Assembly (NCBI GenBank): GCA_021768705.1
Contig: JAETUG010000002.1
Span: 68,336-132,335, forward strand
Origin: Bacillota bacterium
GTDB lineage: Bacteria > Bacillota > Clostridia > Lachnospirales > Anaerotignaceae
Length of the DNA stretch: 64,000 bases
Direction: 5' to 3'
The position numbers were made by a program, and so were the translations under genes. The notes under the pieces are model-generated. The model had not been told where the DNA came from. It made no database searches and worked only from the letters and a program-made list of their open reading frames with translations. Positions 19,341 to 32,700 of this stretch are shown here, piece after piece. How positions within the stretch are numbered: the stretch's first letter is position 1; each line of letters begins with the position of its first letter.

Positions 19341-19799
19341 ATGAAAATTGGAGAAATCATTCGAAAATACAGAAAAGAAAAAAATCTAACACAGGAGGAA
19401 ATGGCAAATCGCCTTGGGGTGACCGCTCCTGCGGTAAATAAATGGGAAAACGGAAATTCTATGCCGGATATCGCCCTGATCACTCCCATCTGCCGTCTGC
19501 TAGAAATCAGTCCAGATACCCTGTTTTCCTTCCATGAGGAATTGACTGCGGAGGAAATCTCTCTTTTCATCCTGGAATTAAATGAAAAACTGAAAACAGA
19601 GCCTTACGCCCATGTATTTTCCTGGGCAAAGAAGAAACTGGAGGAATACCCCAACTGCGAACAGCTGCTCTATCAGACAGCGTTGGTCTTGGACGCATGG
19701 CGAAAGACCCACGATATTCCCGATGCCGAAACCTATGATACCTATATCTGTACCTGTTATACCAGAGCCTTGGAAAGCAGGGAAAGGCTTTTCAAATGA
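19341..19799 (+). CDS. XRE-family regulator, probably C-terminally truncated
   Basis: TQEEMANRLGVTAPAVNKWENG HTH, followed by the start of a helical domain that stops abruptly. Confidence 0.7.
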   Translation: MKIGEIIRKYRKEKNLTQEEMANRLGVTAPAVNKWENGNSMPDIALITPICRLLEISPDTLFSFHEELTAEEISLFILELNEKLKTEPYAHVFSWAKKKLEEYPNCEQLLYQTALVLDAWRKTHDIPDAETYDTYICTCYTRALESRERLFK

Positions 19800-19882
19800 A
19801 GGTGGACAGCCGAAAAAAAGCATACTATAATAAAGCGGTAAAAAAATGACAAAAGAAAAAAAGAAATTTATGAGGTACCTCT

Positions 19883-20659
19883 ATGCTTGATCTGATCATT
19901 TCCACCCAAAGCTTCATTTTCCTGATGATCGCCAGCTTTCTGGCGGGATTTCTGGATTCCATCGCCGGCGGCGGTGGGCTCATTTCTCTGCCTGCCTATA
20001 TGCTCAGCGGCCTGCCCATGCACATGGTCTATGCCTGCAACAAATTTGCGGCGGCCTGTGGCACCTCCATCGCCACCCTCCGCTATTACCGCAATAAAAT
20101 GGTCGATATCCCCGTAGGGCTGATGGCGGCGGCAGGGGCATTCCTCTGCTCTGCCATTGCGGCAAGGATCGTCCTGTTTTTAAACGAGCAGACCCTAAAG
20201 ACCATGCTGTTGGTAATCCTGCCTATCGTTGCCGTAATGACTCTGGCAAATAAAAACATGGGCGGCGAAAACCGTTCCCATACCTTTACCAAAGGCAAAA
20301 AATATGCCCTTGCCTTTTTCATCGGCTCCTTGGTGGGTTTCTATGACGGGCTTTTCGGCCCCGGCACAGGCACCTTTGCCCTCATTGCCTTCTGCCTCAT
20401 CCTGAAATACGATATGCGGACGGCAACGGGCAACGCCAAATTCCTGAATCTGGCATCCAACTATGCCTCTCTGGTGGTGTTCATTCTGGCAGGAACAGTC
20501 TATTGGGCCGTGGCTGTTCCTGCGGCGGCTTTTAATATCCTGGGCAATTATCTAGGCTCCGGGGTAGCCATCAAAAAAGGTGCGAAGGTCATCCGCAAGA
20601 TGCTGATGATCGTCATTGTACTGCTGTTCATCAAGGTTTTGAGCGATTTCTTCGTATAA
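19883..20659 (+). CDS. TSUP/TauE-SafE family transporter
   Basis: AGFLDSIAGGGGLI, GFYDGLFGPGTG. Confidence 0.9.
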   Translation: MLDLIISTQSFIFLMIASFLAGFLDSIAGGGGLISLPAYMLSGLPMHMVYACNKFAAACGTSIATLRYYRNKMVDIPVGLMAAAGAFLCSAIAARIVLFLNEQTLKTMLLVILPIVAVMTLANKNMGGENRSHTFTKGKKYALAFFIGSLVGFYDGLFGPGTGTFALIAFCLILKYDMRTATGNAKFLNLASNYASLVVFILAGTVYWAVAVPAAAFNILGNYLGSGVAIKKGAKVIRKMLMIVIVLLFIKVLSDFFV

Positions 20660-20691
20660 AAAAGGGTGTCGACATTGTCGACACCCTACTC

Positions 20692-21099
20692 TTATGCGTC
20701 TTTTTTATTCAAAACAGAGAGATATTCTCCTACACAGCAGCCCAAGACAGCCACCCGGCAGGTGAAAAATTCCCAACCATCTAAGCCTTCTGGTGTTTCT
20801 GGTGTCCATTGGGCAACGCCGCCTTCCAGAAAGCGGTTCACCTGTTTTTTGCTTTCTTCTGCGTTATGGACAGGGAACAAGCGGATAAATTCCGCTAATG
20901 TGCCCTCGAAAGCCAAATCCTCCGGCAGAGCTGCCCCGGTCATCAAAATGGCGTTCACCTGAGAATCACAGAGCATATGCCCCGCCACACCGCCGGCAGA
21001 CAGCCATTGTGCCTTGGCTTCCGGACTGTTGCCCAAGCAGACCAAAGGGGGTCTGCCGTTTTTTTCGCGCATTTCTTCCAGTTTTTCTTTCAGCATCAC
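20692..21099 (-). CDS. Hypothetical protein
   Basis: 135-aa ORF with a GAGGTG RBS, converging on the hairpin at 20662-20688. Confidence 0.6.
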   Translation of the reverse strand: MMLKEKLEEMREKNGRPPLVCLGNSPEAKAQWLSAGGVAGHMLCDSQVNAILMTGAALPEDLAFEGTLAEFIRLFPVHNAEESKKQVNRFLEGGVAQWTPETPEGLDGWEFFTCRVAVLGCCVGEYLSVLNKKDA

Positions 21100-21113
21100 A
21101 TCACCTCTTTTTC

Positions 21114-21190
21114 TTGGGACGCCGTCCCAAACCCTGCAAGGGGAATGATTCCCCTCGTGGGGGAATTGGGGGCAACGCCCCCAAGGTCTT
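21114..21190. repeat. Modular palindromic repeat family 1, copy D
   Basis: TTGGGACGCCGTCCCAAACCCTGCAAGGGGAAT as in copies B and C, then the 5' module of copy C inverted. Confidence 0.9.
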
Positions 21191-23083
21191 TTACTTCGCC
21201 GCCTTTACCTTGATCCAAAGCTCAGCCAGTGTCTTCTTCAGTACAGGATTATCCTCGAATACCTCGTCCTTTTCATAGCCGGCACGGGGCACATAGGCTT
21301 CATTTTCCGCATACAGCCCCTCTTCACCGCTCAGCTCATCCAAAACCTCCTGATTGGAAGAGGTATAGCCCACATATTGGGAATTGTCCATAGACGCCTC
21401 GTAGGTCAGCACATAATTGATAAATTCATGGGCCAGCAGAGGATTTTCCGCATTGGCAGGGATGACCATAGCATCGCTCCACAGGTTCGTGCCTTCCTTG
21501 GGCATCCAGAAGCTCATGTCTTCATTTTCTTCCAAAATCGTGGTGGCATCGCCGCTGTAAACCACTGCGATATCTTTACTGCCGGTAATCATGCCATCAA
21601 TTACCTCATCCGTCACATAAACAGGCTCCATGGTGTTATTCATATCCAACAGCCATTCATAAGCCGCTTGAATCTCTGCTTCGTTTTCCGTGTTCATAGA
21701 ATAGCCCAAGGCTTTCAAAGCCATCATGAAGGAATCTCGCTCGGAATCGTATACATAAATCCTGCCTTTATAATCCGTATTCCGCAGGATCTCATAGCCC
21801 TGTGCTTCCACTACGGCAGGGTCTACGTTGTTATGGTTATACACGATACCCACGCTGCCCCAGAAATAAGGCACGGAATAGCTGTTATTAGGGTCATAGG
21901 GCAAGTTTTGTACCCCTTCTGCCAGCTCGCTCAGGTTGGGCAGCAGGGAATGATCCAGTTCCTGCAGCATATCGTCGTTCATCATACGCTGGATCATATA
22001 ATCAGAAGGCACCAGCACATCATAGGAATCGCCGGCCTGCAGCTTGGTATACATCATTTCATTGGAATCAAAATATTCCGTGATGACCTTTACGCCAAAT
22101 TCCTTCTGGAAATCATTGATGAGATTTTCTCCCATATATTCGCCCCAGTTATACAGCTTCAGGGTATCGGAGCCATATTTCGCCACTGCGTCCATTTTGG
22201 AATTGCCGCCAAACCCGATGATGCCCAGTACAGAAAGCGCGATGATGCCTGCCAGACCCAGGGCAATCCCTTTTTTGCCGCCGCTTTTGCCCATAGCCTC
22301 TTTCTTTTCCTTGAGGATGGGCACCACATTGGCTAAAATCAGCCCCACTGTGATCAGCAGGATCACCAGCGTGGAAAGGGCATTGATGGAAGGGTTGATG
22401 CGTTTGCTCATGGTATAAACCAAAATAGAGATATTCTGCACCCCATTGCCTGTGACGAAATAGGAAATGATGAAATCGTCAAAGCTCATGGTAAATGCGA
22501 TCAACGCACCGGAAACGATACCGGGCATGATCTGGGGCACGATGACTTTGGTCAGTGCCTGGATAGGAGTTGCCCCCAGGTCCAATGCCGCATCCGCCAG
22601 ATTGGGGTCCAAAGACCGCAGCTTCGGGGAAACGGACAGCATGACATAGGGCGTACAGAACATGATATGAGCCAAAAGCAAAGTCAGGAAGCCCTTTTTG
22701 ATGCCAATGGCACTAAAGAACATCAAAAGCCCGATGGCTGTTACGATTTCCGGATTCATGATGGGCAGGTTATTCACCTGTTCCACGATATTTCTCAGCA
22801 CCTTACGGGAACGGGACAGACCAATGGCCGCCAACGTACCGGCAATGGTGGAAATGATGGTCGCCAAAAGGGCGATCACGATGGTATAAACCACAGCCTC
22901 CATCATAGTGCTGTCCGCAAACATCTTTTCATACCACCGCAGGGAAAATCCCCCCAGCTTTGTCAGGGAGCGGGAATCATTGAAGGAAAATACGATGATA
23001 TACAGGATGGGCAGATAGAAGAAAACCATCGTCAATGCCAGCAGAATCTTGCCGCCAATGCCTGTTTTTTTGTTGTTATCCAT
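21191..23083 (-). CDS. potC: Spermidine/putrescine ABC permease fused to substrate-binding domain (PotC-PotD fusion)
   Basis: DAALDLGA (EAA loop) and SFDDF, then YNWGEY, PSDYM, PYFWG, WSD. Confidence 0.9.
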   Translation of the reverse strand: MDNNKKTGIGGKILLALTMVFFYLPILYIIVFSFNDSRSLTKLGGFSLRWYEKMFADSTMMEAVVYTIVIALLATIISTIAGTLAAIGLSRSRKVLRNIVEQVNNLPIMNPEIVTAIGLLMFFSAIGIKKGFLTLLLAHIMFCTPYVMLSVSPKLRSLDPNLADAALDLGATPIQALTKVIVPQIMPGIVSGALIAFTMSFDDFIISYFVTGNGVQNISILVYTMSKRINPSINALSTLVILLITVGLILANVVPILKEKKEAMGKSGGKKGIALGLAGIIALSVLGIIGFGGNSKMDAVAKYGSDTLKLYNWGEYMGENLINDFQKEFGVKVITEYFDSNEMMYTKLQAGDSYDVLVPSDYMIQRMMNDDMLQELDHSLLPNLSELAEGVQNLPYDPNNSYSVPYFWGSVGIVYNHNNVDPAVVEAQGYEILRNTDYKGRIYVYDSERDSFMMALKALGYSMNTENEAEIQAAYEWLLDMNNTMEPVYVTDEVIDGMITGSKDIAVVYSGDATTILEENEDMSFWMPKEGTNLWSDAMVIPANAENPLLAHEFINYVLTYEASMDNSQYVGYTSSNQEVLDELSGEEGLYAENEAYVPRAGYEKDEVFEDNPVLKKTLAELWIKVKAAK

Positions 23084-23086
23084 TCC

Positions 23087-23926
23087 TTACGCCCCCTTTC
23101 CGCCTGCCGCAGGGTCTGTATCCACCTTGCGGGTCAGCCACATAGACAGCATGATAATGACTGCCATAATCAGGGAGATGGCAGAACCGAAGTTCCAGTC
23201 GCCGCTGGTCAGGAACTGGGTCTCGATGACGTTACCCACCAGTACATACTGACCGCCGCCCAGCAGTTTCGGAATGAAGAAGCTGGAAACCGCAGGCAGG
23301 AACACCAACGTGATGCCGCTCAAAACCCCCGGCAGGGACAAGGGCAGCGTGACCCGCAGAAAGCTCTGCACCGGATTTGCCCCCAAGTCATTTGCCGCTT
23401 CAATCAGGCTTCTGTCCATCTTCGCCAGAGAAGCATGAATCTGCAGGATCATAAAAGGCACAAAGTTGTAGACCATGCCCAGAACCACGGCGAAGGTGGT
23501 ATGGATCATATGGAAAGGCCCAATGCCGAACAGACCCAAAAAGCCGTTCAAGAGACCATCATCCTGCAAAATGCCCACCCATGCATAGGTACGCACCAAC
23601 ATATTGATCCAGGTAGGCAAAGTGATGAGCATGATCCAGAAAAAGCCGCTCCGTTCGGGCCCTTTGGCGATCACATAGGCGATGGGATAGCCAAAAATCA
23701 CACAGATGATCGTTGTCGCCACGGCGATTAGGAGGGAGCGTTTCAAAACATCCAGAAAAACTGCATCCGTCAGGAAACGAACGAAGTTATCCAATGTAAA
23801 ACGGAAGGTAGTCACTTCATTGCCTGCCGTTGTAAAAGCATATAATAAGATCATCAGCATGGGGACGACCACCATAACAGCCAGCCAGCCCACATAAGGA
23901 TAGATCATATTGCGAAATTGCCGCAT
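23087..23926 (-). CDS. potB: Spermidine/putrescine ABC permease
   Basis: LVRTYAW, EAANDLGA, LLGGG. Confidence 0.9.
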   Translation of the reverse strand: MRQFRNMIYPYVGWLAVMVVVPMLMILLYAFTTAGNEVTTFRFTLDNFVRFLTDAVFLDVLKRSLLIAVATTIICVIFGYPIAYVIAKGPERSGFFWIMLITLPTWINMLVRTYAWVGILQDDGLLNGFLGLFGIGPFHMIHTTFAVVLGMVYNFVPFMILQIHASLAKMDRSLIEAANDLGANPVQSFLRVTLPLSLPGVLSGITLVFLPAVSSFFIPKLLGGGQYVLVGNVIETQFLTSGDWNFGSAISLIMAVIIMLSMWLTRKVDTDPAAGGKGA

Positions 23927-23943
23927 GCGCTGCGCCCCCTTCC

Positions 23944-25524
23944 TTAATACTGTTCTCTGGACATGATATGGATATCTTCGGGCTGGAACATCAGGCCCAC
24001 TTCGTCACCCACTTCGAACTTGTCCGTTGTATCGATCTTATATTCATACCCCTTTGTGGCAAATGTCACATCATATACGCCGGGTGTGATCGTTTCCGGG
24101 TTAAAATCATATTTGACATCGGAAATTTCCACGGCTGTACCGTCCTCCAAGCTCCAGGCGGAGGCATTTGCCCATGTTTTCAGGTCTGTTTCCAAGGCGA
24201 TAGATTCCTGAATTTCATCTGCTTTTTTGAAGAAGTTCACCGCAAAAATCTCTTCTTCATTTTCCACACTGGTCACACGGTTTTCGTCCTTTACGATCAT
24301 ATTGACCGTTACGGAGGTGCCTGCCGCTGTGGAGAAGGTTACGGGATATTTGCCGTTTTCCTTTTTGATCTCATAATCCACTTCTTTGATGGAGATCAGT
24401 TCATCAGCATCGGGGTTCCATGCCTGGGCATCGGCACGGGCGATGATGGTGGCTTCATCCAGTTCTTCCACGTCCTCCACATCCAGATAGAAGTCGTTGG
24501 CGGACATTTTTTCATTGGCAGCCTCGTTATACACAGGTCTGTCGTTGGAAACCATCATTTTTACAGTGATCTCCGTACCCACCTTTGTTTCCACCATCGT
24601 CTCATAGTGAACGCCTTTGAACAGGACAGATTTGACTACACCTTTCAGCTTGCCCTGTCCTCTGGGAACGATATCCAAATCCTCAGGGCGGATGACAACA
24701 TCCACCACTTCATTTTTATTGAAACCCTTGTCTACACAATCGAAGCGTCTGCCTTCAAATACGACCTTATAATCATCGATCATCATACCTTCGATAATAT
24801 TGCTTTCGCCAATGAAGTTGGCAACAAATTCATTGACGGGTTCATTATAAATATCTGTAGGGGTGCCGATCTGCTGAATCTCGCCTTCTTTCATGACAAC
24901 GATTTTATCGGACATGGTCAGGGCCTCTTCCTGGTCGTGGGTAACGTAAATAAAGGTGATGCCCACCTCCTGCTGGATCTTTTTCAGTTCATGCTGCATT
25001 TCTTTTCTCAGCTTCAGGTCCAAAGCACCGAGGGGTTCATCCAGCAGCAAAACGCTGGGCTCATTCACCAGGGCACGGGCAATGGCGATCCGCTGCTGCT
25101 GCCCACCGGACATGGCTGTCACGCTTCTGTCGGCATATTCCTCCAGATTTACCAGCTTCAGCATACGTTTGACCTTCTGCTCGATGATGTCTTTGGGTTC
25201 TTTTTTCAGCTTCAGACCGAAAGCGATATTATCATATACATTCATATGAGGGAACAGGGCGTATTTTTGGAATACGGTGTTGACCTCTCTTTTATAGGGG
25301 GGCACATTAGAGATTTCCTCCCCGTCGAAGATGACCTGCCCTTCATCCTGGTTTAGAAAGCCGCCCAGAATACGCAGCAATGTGGTCTTGCCGCAGCCGG
25401 AGGGACCCAGCAGCGTCACAAATTCATTTTCATAAATATCCAGATTGATGCCCTTTAAAACGACCTTGCCGTCTTCATAGCTTTTTACGATGTTTTTGAA
25501 CTGAATGAGTTTTTTCTTCATCAT
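23944..25524 (-). CDS. potA: Spermidine/putrescine ABC ATPase with a C-terminal insertion
   Basis: [29 protein letters not shown]; 526 aa. Confidence 0.9.
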   Translation of the reverse strand: MMKKKLIQFKNIVKSYEDGKVVLKGINLDIYENEFVTLLGPSGCGKTTLLRILGGFLNQDEGQVIFDGEEISNVPPYKREVNTVFQKYALFPHMNVYDNIAFGLKLKKEPKDIIEQKVKRMLKLVNLEEYADRSVTAMSGGQQQRIAIARALVNEPSVLLLDEPLGALDLKLRKEMQHELKKIQQEVGITFIYVTHDQEEALTMSDKIVVMKEGEIQQIGTPTDIYNEPVNEFVANFIGESNIIEGMMIDDYKVVFEGRRFDCVDKGFNKNEVVDVVIRPEDLDIVPRGQGKLKGVVKSVLFKGVHYETMVETKVGTEITVKMMVSNDRPVYNEAANEKMSANDFYLDVEDVEELDEATIIARADAQAWNPDADELISIKEVDYEIKKENGKYPVTFSTAAGTSVTVNMIVKDENRVTSVENEEEIFAVNFFKKADEIQESIALETDLKTWANASAWSLEDGTAVEISDVKYDFNPETITPGVYDVTFATKGYEYKIDTTDKFEVGDEVGLMFQPEDIHIMSREQY

Positions 25525-25541
25525 TTCCTCCTATGGTCTAG

Positions 25542-26075
25542 TCAAAACAAAGGCGGTGTGGAGATCCAGAGCACCTTCGCCGTTGTTTTCTTTTCATTTT
25601 TCAAATAATGTCTCCGCTTGCCGGAAAGATAAAAGGTCTCTCCCTTATGCACGGTGAATTTTTCTTCTCCATTGATCAGCGTCACTGTGCCCTCCAGCAC
25701 ATAGCCGAATTCCTCGCCGCTGTGGGGGTCCATCCCAAAGGATTCGTTGCCCTGGGGCAATTCCAATAGGATCGGCTCCATTTCGTTTTTCTGGGTATTG
25801 GGAACGATCCAGTGGATCGTATAATTTTCTTTTTCATCCACGAAAAAGTCTTTTTTTCGAAAAACCAGCTGTTCCTGTTCTTCCTCCTTGAAAAATTCCG
25901 CTAGGGAACTGCCTAGGGCCTCCACGATATCATTCAGGGTAGCAATGGAGGGAGAAGTCAAGTCTCTTTCCAGCTGGGAAAGGAACCCCTTCGTCAGTTC
26001 GCTGCGGCTGGCCAGCTCTTCCAGCGTCAGCCCCTTTTGTATGCGCAGTCGTTTGATCTTCCTGCCTATTTCCAT
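25542..26075 (-). CDS. XRE HTH + cupin regulator (PuuR-like)
   Basis: LTKGFLSQLERDLTSPS, HSGEEFGYVLEG. Confidence 0.85.
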   Translation of the reverse strand: MEIGRKIKRLRIQKGLTLEELASRSELTKGFLSQLERDLTSPSIATLNDIVEALGSSLAEFFKEEEQEQLVFRKKDFFVDEKENYTIHWIVPNTQKNEMEPILLELPQGNESFGMDPHSGEEFGYVLEGTVTLINGEEKFTVHKGETFYLSGKRRHYLKNEKKTTAKVLWISTPPLF

Positions 26076-26218
26076 ATCCGCCATCTCCCTTGTTTTAGTA
26101 TCAGTAAACTTTTGAGTATTTTTTATTAAACTCAGAACATTATACTGCAATTATCCGTAAATGCAAGTGAAAATAAACAAAAAATTCGATTTATTAAACT
26201 TTTCATCATTTTGCACCA

Positions 26219-26263
26219 AAAAAGGGCACCTTTCATCTAAAAAGATGAAAGGTGCCCTTTTTT
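26219..26263 (-). terminator. Intrinsic terminator after lysS
   Basis: AAAAAGGGCACCTTTCATCT/AGATGAAAGGTGCCCTTTTT. Confidence 0.8.
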
Positions 26264-26322
26264 AGCAGGGTATTACCCGATGTATGATTCTGAACTCTCA
26301 GAAACCCAGTAAAATCAAGGGT

Positions 26323-28346
<2,024 letters not shown>

Positions 28347-28444
28347 GGATGTGTCACTCCTCATTCTATTCTCATTTAATATTCCTTGCTTTTGGACAAG
28401 GAAAAATGGAGGGTATTACAACCCTCCGTCAAAACTATTGATAT

Positions 28445-28473
28445 ATTATAAGGTACGTCCATTGGATTGTCAA
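28445..28473 (-). promoter_or_regulatory. Consensus sigma-A promoter of greA-lysS
   Basis: TTGACA-17bp-TATAAT. Confidence 0.85.
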
Positions 28474-28501
28474 TGTTTTTCCTTATACTTTCCTTATAAA
28501 A

Positions 28502-29437
28502 TCAAGGGTTTCTCCGAATCTTCACCCGTTTTCCGAACGCAGAAAACCCCGAAACGGCAAAGCCCCGTTCTCGCAGTTCAAAAAGGAGGACATCCCGCTC
28601 CACCTCTGCCAGGGGAACGCTCCAGCTCTGGCGGAAATTGCTGCACTGCAAAAATGCCTCCGCCTCCGCCATTCTGCCTTCCATCTGCTTTTCCCCCTCC
28701 CCAAGGGTCACATGGAAAAAGAATCCCTCCGCCGCAAAAACATCGGGACGCAGCTGCTGCAGTCGGCGCAGCATGGGACGGTTTCCTGCCAAATCCAGCC
28801 AGAAAGCCCCTTTTTTCAGAATATGCTCCAAAGAACGCTGCTCCATGCCACAGGAAAGGATGGCATCCGCTTCCGCAAAAGTGGGATTTTTCGGAGAGGA
28901 AAAGACCTCCGCCACCAAGCCCCGTTCCATATATAATTCCCGAACGATCTCCTCTGCCGCATCCGGCTCCTGCGTAAAAATAGCCAAATGGTTCACCTCA
29001 TTGCCCATGGAAGAAAGGGCTGCCTGCCACATGCCCGGATCTCCCCCTGCTAACAGATACGTACATTCCTCGGGATTTTTCCCCTGTCTCCGAAGTGCTT
29101 CTGCCGCTCCCTCAAAGGCAAACAGCGTTGCCAATCTCCGTCCCTCCGCAAAGGGCAGACGTTCCCTGGGAAATTCCCCCTCTGCCGAGGGAACGATGAT
29201 GCAAACCCCTTCCCCTTCCAGTGCCTCCAGAAGGGACAGGGCACCTTTTCTCCAAGGGGCGGACAGTGCCCCCTCCCGCTGCACCTGCAAAATGCCAAGG
29301 ATACCATCGGCATCCCGTTCCAGCCGATAGGGTCTGTGTTTTTCCAGATACCCCCACGACTTGGGCAGCAGCTTTGCCCATTTGGGCAGGATCGCTTCCT
29401 CCCCTTTTTCTAAAAATCGAATCTTCGCCAATTCCAT
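28502..29437 (-). CDS. Hypothetical protein, possibly Rossmann-like
   Basis: 311-aa ORF with an alpha/beta pattern and no recognised catalytic motif. Confidence 0.6.
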   Translation of the reverse strand: MELAKIRFLEKGEEAILPKWAKLLPKSWGYLEKHRPYRLERDADGILGILQVQREGALSAPWRKGALSLLEALEGEGVCIIVPSAEGEFPRERLPFAEGRRLATLFAFEGAAEALRRQGKNPEECTYLLAGGDPGMWQAALSSMGNEVNHLAIFTQEPDAAEEIVRELYMERGLVAEVFSSPKNPTFAEADAILSCGMEQRSLEHILKKGAFWLDLAGNRPMLRRLQQLRPDVFAAEGFFFHVTLGEGEKQMEGRMAEAEAFLQCSNFRQSWSVPLAEVERDVLLFELRERGFAVSGFSAFGKRVKIRRNP

Positions 29438-29759
29438 TTTTCTTCACCCCTGTTTTGTATCAAAAAAAAATACATTTTCTGACTTCTTTTCCTTGTTTCT
29501 TCCGTAAGGTCATTGTTTTTCCAAAAAAACATTTTATTCTGTATTATTTTTAATGCAATTTGTCCTGTATTTTATTTTGTACACAAAATACATGCACTTT
29601 TTTTCAGATATCATTGACAATAAAAATCAAATATTCTAACATGAAATTATACAAAAGATAGCAATTCCTTGTATCGCAATGTATCATAAAAAGATCAGAT
29701 ACATCGATTTGAAACAGATAACATTATCTCTATTATATTTATGAAAGGAGTTCGATTCC

Positions 29760-32700
29760 ATGAACACGAAAATCATGAAAACCATGGATGGTAATGAAGC
29801 TGCTGCGTATGTCTCCTACGCATTTACAGAAGTAGCTACCATTTACCCCATCACCCCTTCTTCCCCCATGGCGGAACACGTTGACAGCTGGTCCGCAAAT
29901 GGCAAAAAGAACATCTTCGGTCAGACCGTACGTCTGCTGGAGCTGGAATCCGAAGCAGGTGCTGCCGGTGCTATGCACGGTGCCCTGGAATCCGGCGCTC
30001 TGGCAACTACATACACAGCATCTCAGGGTCTGCTGCTGATGATCCCCCCGATGTATCGTATCGCCGGTCAGCTGAAACCCGGTGTATTCCACGTAGCATC
30101 CAGAACAGTAGGTACCCATGCCTTCTCCATCTTCGGTGACCATTCCGACGTTATGGCCTGCCGTCAGATCGGCTGCGCAATGCTGTCCTCCGCTTCCGTA
30201 CAGGAAGTTATGGACCTGGCCGGTGTTGCTCACCTGTCCGCAATCAAAGGCTCCGTACCTTTCATCCACTTCTTCGATGGTTTCCGTACTTCCCACGAAC
30301 TGCAGAAGATCGAAGTAATGGACTACGATGATCTGGCAAAACTGGTAGATCAGGACGCTCTGAAGAAATTCAGAAAGAACGCCCTGAACCCCGAACATCC
30401 CGTACAGCGTTCCACAGTTCAGAACCCCGACGTATTCTTCCAGAACAGAGAAGCATGTACACCTTTCTACACACGCCTGCCTGAAATCGTAGAAGAATAT
30501 ATGCACGAAATCAACAAGATCACAGGCAGAAACTATCAGCTGTTCAACTACTATGGTGCTGCTGACGCAGAACACGTTATCGTAGCTATGGGTTCCGTTA
30601 CAGGCGCAGCCCAGGAAGTAGTAGAAAACCTGACAGCAAAAGGCGAAAAAGTGGGCTTCCTGCAGGTTCATCTGTATCGTCCTTTCTCCATCAAGCACTT
30701 CATGGCAGCTTTGCCCGCATCTGTGAAAGTCATCACAGTGATGGACAGAACAAAAGAACCCGGTGCCTTGGGCGAACCTCTGTATGAAGATGTTTGCTCC
30801 GCACTGATCGAAACAGGCAGAGCAGCAAAGGTTCTGGCAGGCAGATATGGTCTGTCCTCCAAGGACGTAACACCTGCGCAGATCGTTGCTGTTTTCGACA
30901 ACATGAAGGGCGCACAGAAAAACCACTTCACTGTTGGTATTATTGATGACGTTTCCAATTCCTCCATCGAAGTGGGCGCAGAACCCGATCTGGCTGACAA
31001 GAGCACAGTAGCCTGCAAATTCTGGGGTCTGGGTTCCGACGGTACTGTTGGTGCAAACAAAAACTCCATCAAGATCATCGGTGACCATACAGACAAATAT
31101 GCACAGGCTTATTTCGAATATGACACAAAGAAATCCGGCGGTATCACCCGTTCTCACCTACGTTTCGGTGACACACCCATCCGTTCCAGCTATCTGGTAA
31201 CAAGAGCAGACTTCGTTGCCTGCCACAACCAGTCCTACATGGAAAAATATGATATCGTTTCCGAAATCAAACCCGGCGGTACCTTCCTGCTGAACTGCGC
31301 TTGGAACGCAGAAGAACTGGATCATCACCTGTCCGCTGATGTAAAGAGATATATCGCAAACAACAACATCAACTTCTACACCATCGACGCCATCAAGATC
31401 GGGAAAGAAATCGGTCTGGGCAACAAAACAAATGCTATCCTGCAGTCCGCATTCTTCAAACTGGCAAATATCATCCCCGTTGACGATGCTGTCAACTACA
31501 TGAAAGCAGCGATCGTAAAATCCTACGGCAAAAAGGGTGAAAAGGTTGTCAACATGAACTACGCTGCTGTAGACGCAGGTCTGACCGGTCTGACAAAGAT
31601 CGACGTTCCCGCAAGCTGGAAAGATGCAAAAGACGTTGACAAAGAAGCAATCAAGGCTGTACTGCCCGAATACGTTGAAAAACTGATGGTACCCATGAAC
31701 GCACTGAAAGGCGATCTGCTGCCCGTTTCCGTATTCACAGGCAGAGAAGACGGCACCGTTCCCCTGGGCACATCCGCTTACGAAAAACGCGGCGTTGCCA
31801 TCGACGTTCCCGAATGGGATGCAACAAAATGTATCCAGTGTAACCAGTGTTCTTACGTATGTCCTCACGCTGCCATCCGTCCTTTCCTGCTGACAGAGGA
31901 AGAAGCTGCAAAGGCTCCCGAATCCTACAAGGTATTGGATGCAAACGGCGTAGGCGAAATCAAGAACTACAAATTCCGTATCCAGGTCGACCCTCTGGAT
32001 TGTCAGGGCTGCGGTGTCTGCGTAACGGCTTGTCCTGCAAAAGAAAAAGCACTGACCATGAAGCCTCTGGATACACAGATGAGTGAACAGCCTAACTGGG
32101 ACTTCTCCCTGTCTCTGTCCGATAAGAAGAACCCTATGGATAAATTCAGCGTAAAGGGCTCTCAGTTCGAACAGCCTCTGCTGGAATTCTCCGGCGCATG
32201 TGCAGGCTGCGGCGAAACAGCTTACGCAAAACTGATGACACAGCTTTACGGCGACAGAATGTATCTGGCAAACGCAACAGGCTGTACACAGGCTTGGGGC
32301 GCAGCAGCACCCTGCGTACCTTACACAACAAACAAAGAAGGCTGGGGCCCCGCATGGAGCAACTCCCTGTTTGAAAATAACGCACAGTTCTCCGTTGGTA
32401 TGGTTCTGGCAGTAGAACAGCAGAGAGACCGTGTGACCATGAAAGTAAAAGATCTGCTGGCACTGACAGCAGGCACAGACTTCGCTGCAGCAGCAGAGGT
32501 TTGGCTGGAAAACCGGAATAACGGCAACAGAAGCAAAGCAGACAGCCGTGCCCTGATCGCTGCTCTGAAAGACCTGACAGTTACAGGCGAAGCAGCAGAA
32601 CTGAAAGACTTCATTCTGGAAAACAGCGAACACCTGACAAAGAAATCCATGTGGATGTACGGCGGCGACGGCTGGGCATACGATATCGGCTACGGCGGTC

